Below, one piece after another: positions 8,975-16,546 of a stretch of 64,000 bases of DNA (position 1 is the first letter of the stretch; each line of letters begins with the position of its first letter). The notes beneath the pieces were generated by a model. It saw only the letters and a program-made list of their open reading frames with translations, searched no databases and was not told the origin of the DNA. A program made the position numbers and the translations under genes. Source of the stretch: Nitrospirota bacterium (GTDB lineage Bacteria > Nitrospirota > Thermodesulfovibrionia > Thermodesulfovibrionales > Dissulfurispiraceae); assembly GCA_040754455.1 (NCBI GenBank), contig JBFMCP010000002.1, positions 96,001 through 160,000 of the forward strand, written 5' to 3'.

Positions 8975-9727
8975 ATGGCGATACAGGCGAGTGATATCAA
9001 GGTATACGGTTCGGCGAGCATGCCGGATGACGATGCGGCAACGAATATAGGCGGGGCGATCAACACAGGCATCAAGGTGGAGTTCACCGATATCGCCCCT
9101 GCGGGCCAGGTCGAGATGTTCTCGAGCAGCGCTGCGGATACTACGCAGCAGGTGACGATCACCGGGCGCAATGCCGCCGGTGAGATTGTGACCGAGACCA
9201 AGAATCTGAACGGCACCACAGTGGTGGCTTTTACCACTACCTTCGAACGAATACTGAAGATCGTCATGTCAGCCGTGGCCGTAGGGACCATCACCGTGCG
9301 CGAGAGCGTGGGCGCCGAGGTGCTCATTACCATTGAGCCCGGTATCACCCAGGTGCGAAAAGTGTTCTACAACGCCGTTGCCCCTTCAGAAGGATCGATC
9401 GACTTCTATGAGAAGATCTTCTTCAAAAACACCCATGCCTCACTGACGCTCACCGAGGCAAAGATATCGGAATACGCGGACCCCTCCGGCAAGATCACCT
9501 TTGCCCTGGAGAACGCACTCGACGGCACTGATACGAACGGTGTCGGCAATAACCGTTACGTCGCTCCTGCGGGATACACGTTCAACAATACAGAGAAGAA
9601 CGTTGCCAACAGCGGCAATCATACCGCTGAGAAGGCCCAGGGTGTCTGGCTCAAGCTCACGCTTACGAGCACGGATGAGCCGACGAAGACCACGTACACC
9701 CTCAGAGAGTCGGGAGTGACCATTTAA
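8975..9727 (+). CDS. Virion structural protein (beta-rich)
   Basis: 250 aa Thr/Gly-rich ORF in the tail-tip module; SD GGAGG. Confidence 0.6.
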   Translation: MAIQASDIKVYGSASMPDDDAATNIGGAINTGIKVEFTDIAPAGQVEMFSSSAADTTQQVTITGRNAAGEIVTETKNLNGTTVVAFTTTFERILKIVMSAVAVGTITVRESVGAEVLITIEPGITQVRKVFYNAVAPSEGSIDFYEKIFFKNTHASLTLTEAKISEYADPSGKITFALENALDGTDTNGVGNNRYVAPAGYTFNNTEKNVANSGNHTAEKAQGVWLKLTLTSTDEPTKTTYTLRESGVTI

Positions 9728-9728
9728 T

Positions 9729-10292
9729 ATGCCGAATGCAAAGAAGATCACCCTGGACTATAACGAGACCGGCAAGACCGTCTATGCGATCGTACGGCGT
9801 GAGACTGACAGCTATCGCCTGAATGATGCTGACGGTTCTTTCGCTGAAGCGCCTGCGGACCCTTACCTTGCGCTGGCAGAAGACTCGGTGATCAAAGGCC
9901 GCTACGAGGTGAGCGAGTCGCGGGCGGCATGGAACGACGGCAAGTACACCGTGGCGATCTATAAGCAGACGGGAGGAAGCCCTGCCCCTGCAAGCGATAC
10001 CCTGATCGGCTCCGGAGAGATATATATCATCTCTGACACCGAGATCGATCTCCAATATCTGCATGACAAGGTCCTGGAGCTGAGGACCGGCAACATGCGC
10101 ATCCTCTTCACTGTTGCAACCGTCCCTGTCCCTGCGCGTAACGTCGAGGTCGGCAGGATCAACTATCAGACCATCCAGATCAAGCGCGATGCCGATGTCG
10201 ATTGGGCCAGCCCGGTAAGCTCGAAGACGCTCTATTTCTGGTACGACGCGATGGGCGATATCAACCCCTCCAAGGTGGGAGAATCGGGGTAA
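9729..10292 (+). CDS. Hypothetical tail protein
   Basis: Tightly coupled 187 aa ORF in the tail operon. Confidence 0.6.
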   Translation: MPNAKKITLDYNETGKTVYAIVRRETDSYRLNDADGSFAEAPADPYLALAEDSVIKGRYEVSESRAAWNDGKYTVAIYKQTGGSPAPASDTLIGSGEIYIISDTEIDLQYLHDKVLELRTGNMRILFTVATVPVPARNVEVGRINYQTIQIKRDADVDWASPVSSKTLYFWYDAMGDINPSKVGESG

Positions 10293-10293
10293 G

Positions 10294-11271
10294 ATGCTTG
10301 CGCTGTCAATTGCGACAAAGGGATACTGGGCTGACAACAATACGCTCAGTATCGCTACGGGTGGCTATCGTCGACGGCTGAGCCAGGTCTCCAGTGACCG
10401 CACCGTTTCCACTGCCTGGACACGGTGCGTATGCATTGATCGGACATTCTCCGGAGACCGGCGCAAGGCTGTAGTCGGATACGGATCGCTCCATGTCGAT
10501 TTCCTGCAGAACAACAATCTGATACTGAGAAATGTGGTGCTCTCCTATGATTTCGTCAAGGCTTTTTACGATGCTGCCGTGATGCCTGTCGAATACCGTC
10601 TCGGGGTGCAGCGTGATGCATCACTCCAGCTCGATCGCTACGCTCCGCTGCATGCCGATGCGATGATGCGGACGGACTTCCTGAAAGCCGTCCGGCCCGA
10701 GAGGACATTTCCTGCGGCGTATGAAAAAGCGCGCCTGATGAGCGTCGTAATCCCCTGCGATGCCCGTGCGTCTCGTTCTGCAACAGTGATTTTACCTTTT
10801 GATGGACTCAAGCGTCCGGTTATAGACCATCTATTACTCTTTGACATAATTACAAAGCTGGACAAGGATGTGCAACTGCCGATCGGTATTACCGGCAGTT
10901 GGGGAAAGGTTGTCTTCCTGCATCCTGCCGGCGCCGTGCATTTTTATAGACGGCCGTTGAAGCAGCAGCCGCAGGGATTTCAGATGTTCCAGCCCTCGGG
11001 CAGAGACAGCAATGGAGATTTCTACAGCACTACAAAAAGCACGCTCAGGATCAGGGATGAACAGCTTGCATTCCGCAATATCAGCGACTATACCATAGAA
11101 TCTCTGCGCTATTTTATTCTGAATGCGGCCCGGGGGACCAAGAATAAGTTCACCTATTTTGATGTCTACAATGTACCGCATACGGCGAAGTTTACTGAAC
11201 GTAAATTCTCCTGGCGGCGGACCGGCTACAACAAAAACGACCTGGTGATCTATCTGGAGGTCTATTTATGA
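10294..11271 (+). CDS. Tail protein with 14-aa repeats and a C-terminal Dit-like domain
   Basis: Exact 14-aa periodicity at 10540-10875; C-terminus aligns with 8609-8971. Confidence 0.6.
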   Translation: MLALSIATKGYWADNNTLSIATGGYRRRLSQVSSDRTVSTAWTRCVCIDRTFSGDRRKAVVGYGSLHVDFLQNNNLILRNVVLSYDFVKAFYDAAVMPVEYRLGVQRDASLQLDRYAPLHADAMMRTDFLKAVRPERTFPAAYEKARLMSVVIPCDARASRSATVILPFDGLKRPVIDHLLLFDIITKLDKDVQLPIGITGSWGKVVFLHPAGAVHFYRRPLKQQPQGFQMFQPSGRDSNGDFYSTTKSTLRIRDEQLAFRNISDYTIESLRYFILNAARGTKNKFTYFDVYNVPHTAKFTERKFSWRRTGYNKNDLVIYLEVYL

Positions 11272-13760
11272 GTAGGACCCTCACCCCGGGATTTGCCGCC
11301 GAGCTCGCCAAGAAAACCGGTACAAAGCCGGTATGGTTTTTAGGTGCACAACTCGGCACCACAACGCTCTATATCGGCGACAATGAGCTTACTATTCCCT
11401 CCTGGCAAGGCGGCATCACCGTAAAACCGTGGGTCAAGGACTGGGGAGAGGTCCGTGAAGGAATCGATAACAGCCTTGGAGAATTCAAGGTTTCGGAGTA
11501 CTCCATCTCGTGCCTGAACGATACGAGTATCACGGAGAATCTTGTCTATTACCTGACCAATTTCCGTCCGGAAAAGAACACGGTCAGCCTGTATCTATGG
11601 TTCCTCGACCTTGACCCGGTTACAGACCCGCCGCTGGAGATCTCCAGGGGCTATATCAAGAACTATCCCTGTCCTGATGACTACAACGTTACCCTGCAGA
11701 TCCAGGATGAGACGCTGAAGCTCGAGCGCCACTATGTGGGTGCCAAAGTGAGCCTGGCCGATTACCCCGGCGCGGACCCCGACGACGTGGGGCGCGTGAT
11801 CCCGATCCCCTTCGGCACGGTGAAGAAGCTCAGAGCCCTCGCGCTCGATGCCGGGTACAAGACGAGTCTGCCTGCGATCCTGCAGCCGGGCGTGACGAAT
11901 TTCAACGTGAGCGACGGAGAACGTTTGAGCGCGGGCAAGGTTATCACCATTGATGAAGAGGACATCTATATCATCAATATCTCGGAAGACAACATCACCA
12001 ACTGCACCAGGGGCTACAACGGCACCCTCGAGGCCAAGCACCTGCGAGGCGCCGTCGTATGGGAAAAGAAGGACATCTTTGTCTATGTCGTTTCCGATAA
12101 GCCCCTCGACAGCATGGGCAAGGTGTATGGCAGGGTCGGCGATGCCGAGGTAGATATCACCAGCATTGTCACCAGGTACACCGGCCAGCCGGGCAGTGTG
12201 CTCACCGGTTATGAAGGGAAAGCGGTTGTTACCGTTCCCGGGTATATCACCGTGCAGCAGGCGGTGGACCTGCTCGTTAGCGACGGCATAGGCGTGAATG
12301 ATGCGATCGCCATAGTGGACGGCATTGCGGTCAATGACACCATCTCGGTCTACGACACGATAGCGGTGAGCGATACGATCGGCGTCTCGCAGGGATACCA
12401 TGGCCATGCAGTGAGTTCGCCTTCGGCAGCTTATTACGGTAATGGGGCAAGCCATAGTGGCTCTAATGCTTCGTTTTCCGGATCGGATGCAAATTTGCGC
12501 GATCAGAATACAGGAACAGGGTTGACTGCAAATTTCAATGGTTCGCAGACAATCCAAAGCTTCTCTGCCACTATGACAGTTACCTTTCCTGCTTATAGCG
12601 GGCCGACGCCGCAGTCGGTCTATCTCTGTGTCAATTATCGAGGCGGCTTTAACTCAGGCGGGTATATTAGGCTGAATGGAGTCGATATCGGTGCCGAAGG
12701 AAGTAATGTAACCAAAAAAATCAATGTCGGCACGTCAGTGCCGAGCTCAATCGCTTTGTCATGTTATTCGCCGGGAGCCCAGTATGTGCAAGGCGGTTAT
12801 TTAGTGGGCACTGAAATCTGGTATGAGGTGCAATCGAATGCCACATCCTCAGATCCCGCTGCGGGCGTGGCGAAGACCGGCTCGGCGAGCAAGAGCGGCT
12901 CGGCAAGCAAGAGCGGCTCGGCATCGAAATCAGGCACCACATCCCGCTCCGGAGCTGCGACCAAGACCGGCACTGTAGCGCTCTACGGCAACTCCGTGGC
13001 CAATACGCTGGTAGGCGACGCTATCCTGGTCGACGTGACGCGCAGCTTTGCGGACTGTGATGCGGCCATGCAGAGCATTGCGAGCGACGCCGGTGTTGCG
13101 AGCTTCCAGGGTATCGGCAGCCTGCCGGGATACTACGCATTCAACGGCGCGATCACCGAATACAAGCCCGCGCTCTATTGGCTGAATTATCTCGCCTTCC
13201 AGTGCCGGAGCCGCTTCCGTATGCACCTGGGTACCGCGCAGCGCATCTACCGCCCTGACACGATCACGCCGGTGGAGACGTTACCTACGGTCGTCTTGAG
13301 GCAAGACGGCAAGAGGGCGCTCTACAGAGACCAGACGCCCTACAGCGATATTATTAACAAAATGAATCTCCTCTATGACAGGGATTACTCTCAGCAGACA
13401 CGGGACGAGGGCTCGTATAGGGGCAACTCCAAGGACAGTTCAGTGAACGGAACACTGAGGCAGCTGCTGGATGCCTCGATCGCCGACTACGGCCTTTGCG
13501 AGCGCCCTGAACTTTTCAGGTTCGACTTCGTGAGCGATCCGACAATGGCGGACCATTTGCGGGACTTTTACCTTTCGTATTATCACTACCGGCATTGGAC
13601 AGATGTCTTCGAGGAGTACTGGATATATGCCGATCTCGAGTTCGCCGATGGGGTGACGCTCGGATTTTTGGGCAACCGGGCTGCCGAGATCCTTGAGACG
13701 AGGTACCGCCCCGGTAATAGGGACAACCTGGATATAATCGGCTTCGTGGCCGTGGAATAA
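11268..13760 (+). CDS. Tail tip / baseplate hub protein with an inserted putative binding domain
   Basis: 830 aa; IPIPFG and CTRGYNGT motifs, C-terminal SIADYG; hexapeptide repeats flank an insert. Confidence 0.7.
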   Translation: MSRTLTPGFAAELAKKTGTKPVWFLGAQLGTTTLYIGDNELTIPSWQGGITVKPWVKDWGEVREGIDNSLGEFKVSEYSISCLNDTSITENLVYYLTNFRPEKNTVSLYLWFLDLDPVTDPPLEISRGYIKNYPCPDDYNVTLQIQDETLKLERHYVGAKVSLADYPGADPDDVGRVIPIPFGTVKKLRALALDAGYKTSLPAILQPGVTNFNVSDGERLSAGKVITIDEEDIYIINISEDNITNCTRGYNGTLEAKHLRGAVVWEKKDIFVYVVSDKPLDSMGKVYGRVGDAEVDITSIVTRYTGQPGSVLTGYEGKAVVTVPGYITVQQAVDLLVSDGIGVNDAIAIVDGIAVNDTISVYDTIAVSDTIGVSQGYHGHAVSSPSAAYYGNGASHSGSNASFSGSDANLRDQNTGTGLTANFNGSQTIQSFSATMTVTFPAYSGPTPQSVYLCVNYRGGFNSGGYIRLNGVDIGAEGSNVTKKINVGTSVPSSIALSCYSPGAQYVQGGYLVGTEIWYEVQSNATSSDPAAGVAKTGSASKSGSASKSGSASKSGTTSRSGAATKTGTVALYGNSVANTLVGDAILVDVTRSFADCDAAMQSIASDAGVASFQGIGSLPGYYAFNGAITEYKPALYWLNYLAFQCRSRFRMHLGTAQRIYRPDTITPVETLPTVVLRQDGKRALYRDQTPYSDIINKMNLLYDRDYSQQTRDEGSYRGNSKDSSVNGTLRQLLDASIADYGLCERPELFRFDFVSDPTMADHLRDFYLSYYHYRHWTDVFEEYWIYADLEFADGVTLGFLGNRAAEILETRYRPGNRDNLDIIGFVAVE

Positions 13761-13771
13761 AGGAGGTTACC

Positions 13772-14074
13772 ATGTTAGCCAGGACAGTAGCAGCAGGAGG
13801 ATCGGTCTCGTATGGGCACACCCAGGCCGTAGCCGCGCAGGTCTGGACGATTGCCCACAATCTCAACAAAGATTTGATTGCTTCTGTTTGGGCGTATAGT
13901 GAGTACCCCAAGTTTTGTGGGGACGGGGCCTATTGCGGAGACGGCTCTTACTGCGGTCAACCGGGAAACACTTATGCGGATATCCCGTACTCATGGATTA
14001 CGAAAGTGGATGCAAACACGATCAGGATCGGCTTTGCCTCACCCGTCTCTGGCAAGGCGACCATTCTATTTTAA
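13772..14074 (+). CDS. Small tail-fibre-associated protein
   Basis: SD AAGGAGG; WTIAHNL and DANTIRIGF...SGKA motifs; CGDG repeat. Confidence 0.6.
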   Translation: MLARTVAAGGSVSYGHTQAVAAQVWTIAHNLNKDLIASVWAYSEYPKFCGDGAYCGDGSYCGQPGNTYADIPYSWITKVDANTIRIGFASPVSGKATILF

Positions 14075-14086
14075 AAGGAGGACACA

Positions 14087-14401
14087 ATGAGAGGAATACC
14101 GGCACACCTCAATACCCGGCATGATGTAGAGCAATGCGTTGAGCTTGCATTGGCCGGGGAGCTGGACAGGGCAGAGCTAAAGAAGAGGATTGAAAGGCTG
14201 CTCAGCGACGACATGGTATGGAACTTCAAGACCGAAGTCGACGACACCTATCAGCCCGCGCAGAATGAAAAGGTTATCACCGAAGATGTAGGTGGTATTA
14301 CAAAGCACTTTTGCTTTGAATTGGTAAGCAACCCGGCTGCCGTCTATCTGCGCATGGGATTCGCGAAGGCAGAGCTGCAGGCATTCATCAATCAGCTATA
14401 G
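14087..14401 (+). CDS. Hypothetical protein (possible fibre adaptor/chaperone)
   Basis: SD AAGGAGG; 104 aa, directly upstream of the DGR target. Confidence 0.6.
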   Translation: MRGIPAHLNTRHDVEQCVELALAGELDRAELKKRIERLLSDDMVWNFKTEVDDTYQPAQNEKVITEDVGGITKHFCFELVSNPAAVYLRMGFAKAELQAFINQL

Positions 14402-14410
14402 GAGGACTAC

Positions 14411-15496
14411 ATGGGACAGAGCATTATATGGAAAGATGATCCGGCATATTCGACGAATGCCGCTAACTTTCACAAGAGCATGGACATCAGGCCGGGCCTG
14501 TTCAACAATTACCTGCAGGTTAATGCTACAAAGACCGGCATCATCGTCAAGGCCGATACCATCATCCCCCTGAAAAGCGGGTCCACGTGGAAGGCGTACC
14601 TGTTCACCTCTGACAGCGAGGTGACGACGCTCGACACCGGCGCGCTTACCCTGGGGACGCATTACTACGTCTATCTCTGCGATAACGGTACGGACAACGG
14701 GCTGCTGCTCCTCTCTGCGAACTCCACCGCGCCGCAGGGCTACACCGCATCGGACTCCAGGAAGATCGGCGGCTTCCACTACGGCAGAGTGCGCAATAGC
14801 ATCACCGTGGCCGACGTCACCAGCGGCGCCGTGGTCCCCAACTCGGTGTGGGACCTCTACAACCGTCCCAAGTGCTCTCCGGAGGGCATGGTGAAGATCC
14901 ACGAGAACCTCTGGTGCGATATCTACCTCGCCTCGGTCAACGAGGCGATCACCTTTGCTGCGGGCAATGGCTCCCCCACTAAGGCAGGCTCCTGCAAGAG
15001 CGCCTACAATGCAGCGCCTCTGACGGGCACAGAGGGCCTCAGCGGCTACAACTTCCTCGAGCTGGCCAGAAGGTCCGGCAAGAGACTTTTGACCCTTGCA
15101 GAATGGCTGCAGGCAGCGCACGGGAGTCCACAAGGAAATAACGGGGATAATAACAACGCCTGGTCAGCTACCACCAATTCAGCAAGGACAAATACGGGCT
15201 CTGTGGCCAATGCAATCAGCCTTTTAAATGTGGTAGACTGTGTGGGAAATGTCTTGGAATGGCTTGATGAATTTTCGAATCGACAGGATACCACGAGCTG
15301 GAACTGGTACGACGTTATGACAGGCATGAGTGTGGGTCAGCTTTATCTGGCGAACAACACGGGATTGATACAGTATTTAGCCGGTGGCCATTGGAGCCCT
15401 GGCGTCTACGCTGGCTCGCGGTGCGTTAATGCCAATAGCTCTCCGTGGAGTGTCTCTCCGGATATCGGCTCCCGGCTGGCCTGTGACGCTCTGTAA
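14411..15496 (+). CDS. DGR target: major tropism determinant (Mtd)-like receptor-binding protein, C-type lectin fold
   Basis: Motifs shared with Bordetella BPP-1 Mtd (AP.GYT....RKIGGFHY, SVWD...RP, W.DIYL, GKRL, GG.W...GSR); VR at the 3' end. Confidence 0.92.
   Translation: MGQSIIWKDDPAYSTNAANFHKSMDIRPGLFNNYLQVNATKTGIIVKADTIIPLKSGSTWKAYLFTSDSEVTTLDTGALTLGTHYYVYLCDNGTDNGLLLLSANSTAPQGYTASDSRKIGGFHYGRVRNSITVADVTSGAVVPNSVWDLYNRPKCSPEGMVKIHENLWCDIYLASVNEAITFAAGNGSPTKAGSCKSAYNAAPLTGTEGLSGYNFLELARRSGKRLLTLAEWLQAAHGSPQGNNGDNNNAWSATTNSARTNTGSVANAISLLNVVDCVGNVLEWLDEFSNRQDTTSWNWYDVMTGMSVGQLYLANNTGLIQYLAGGHWSPGVYAGSRCVNANSSPWSVSPDIGSRLACDAL
15380..15486 (+). repeat. DGR variable repeat (VR)
   Basis: 107-bp ungapped match to 15931-16037 with 13 mismatches, all opposite TR adenines. 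Confidence 0.97.
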
Positions 15497-15537
15497 TCTG
15501 AAATCTGATAATCTGTTTTGTTTTTTGTCGTTGTATC

Positions 15538-15557
15538 AGGCGGGCGAAAGCCCGCCT
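15538..15557 (+). promoter_or_regulatory. DGR target-recognition hairpin/cruciform
   Basis: AGGCGGGC-GAAA-GCCCGCCT, a perfect 8-bp stem downstream of the VR. Confidence 0.8.
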
Positions 15558-15590
15558 CTGTCGAAAAAATTTTTTAGGGGTTAGGTACAG

Positions 15591-15923
15591 ATGAACGATC
15601 TCGTGATTTACCAGAAGGTGTACGATTTCACGCTGTACCTTTTCCCGATTGTAGAGAAGTTTCCGAAGCATGAGAAGTTTGTCCTCTGTACGCACGTCAA
15701 ATCATGCGTGCTCGATATTGCCCGGCTGATCATCAGGGCCAATAAGAGCCGGACGAAAAAGGCGATCCTCTACGACATCGATGTGAGGATCGAGGAGCTG
15801 AAGTTTCTGCTCCGGCTTGCTCATGACAGGAAATACCTCTCCAACAAAAGCTACGAGCACAGCAGCAAACTGCTGCTCGAAATAGGAAGGCTGTTAGGAG
15901 GATGGATCAAAAGTGTGGGTTAA
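15591..15923 (+). CDS. avd: DGR accessory variability determinant (four-helix bundle)
   Basis: LVIYQKVYDF, FPKHEKFVL, LKFLLRLA, EIGRLLGGWIK; lies between target and TR. Confidence 0.93.
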   Translation: MNDLVIYQKVYDFTLYLFPIVEKFPKHEKFVLCTHVKSCVLDIARLIIRANKSRTKKAILYDIDVRIEELKFLLRLAHDRKYLSNKSYEHSSKLLLEIGRLLGGWIKSVG

Positions 15924-15930
15924 GGGCGAT

Positions 15931-16037
15931 ACCGGTGGCAATTGGAGCAATGGCGTAAACGCTGGCTCGCGGTGCGTTAATGCCAATAACTATCCGTGGA
16001 ATGTCAATACGAATATCGGCTCCCGGCTGGCCTGTGA
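15931..16037 (+). repeat. DGR template repeat (TR)
   Basis: A-rich copy of the VR (25 A; 9 AAY codons in the VR frame), starts 8 nt after the avd stop. Confidence 0.97.
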
Positions 16038-16230
16038 GTGTATAGGGCTTACAGAGATGATGTCTCTCTACGGAGCATCACCAGTGACATATACAGTCAG
16101 GCCCTTGATCCCTGCCGCAAGGCAAAAATTGGAGAGGCTCTGTGCAGTGAGTACGGACAGCAGTCCTTAAAATTGTGCAGGCCGCATAATTTCGGTCGGT
16201 TAATAGCTCCGCTTCAGCCGGAGAACTGTT

Positions 16231-16340
16231 AAACCCGAAATCTCAGAATCGTAAAAACGGTCGGTTAGTTGGCAACTCCTCCGGGAGAGCTGCCAAGCCC
16301 ATCAAAAACCGTTTTACGGTTTTCAGATTTCGGGTTTTTT
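16231..16340 (+). other. Long imperfect inverted repeat in the TR-RT spacer, ending in a T-run
   Basis: AAACCCGAAATCT...CGTAAAAACGGT pairs with ACCGTTTTACG...AGATTTCGGGTTT; inner TTGGCA/TGCCAA stem. Confidence 0.75.
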
Positions 16341-16359
16341 GGTTTCAGGAGGCTGACCG

Positions 16360-16545
16360 ATGGGCGGGAAGAAAGACGACAAGGAATGGAAGCGAGTATT
16401 GGTGAAGTGCCTGGAGGATCTGGGCAAGGAGGGGATTGTCCCTCCGGATGTGAAGAATCTGACCGGCAGGCTTGTCCTCGATCTTAATATGAGCCAGGGC
16501 GGGGTAACGGATCTGGATGTCTCGGTGAAGAGGAAATTTAAATAA
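16360..16545 (+). CDS. 61-aa hypothetical protein between TR and RT
   Basis: SD AGGAGG; the stop lies 1 nt before the RT ATG. Confidence 0.65.
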   Translation: MGGKKDDKEWKRVLVKCLEDLGKEGIVPPDVKNLTGRLVLDLNMSQGGVTDLDVSVKRKFK

Positions 16546-16546
16546 G

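Noticed and set aside
4063..12557. Long antisense ORFs (4063-4908, 5574-6464, 9702-10340, 11595-12557)
   Set aside because: Shadows of well-supported plus-strand phage genes in GC-rich sequence
1..14410. Second VR in other tail genes
   Set aside because: No additional TR-like sequence found by eye at the 3' ends of other genes in the window; remote targets cannot be excluded
15913..16170. 85-aa ORF resembling the target C-terminus
   Set aside because: It is the TR read in the VR frame; open because TR avoids stops; overlaps avd; probably non-coding RNA template
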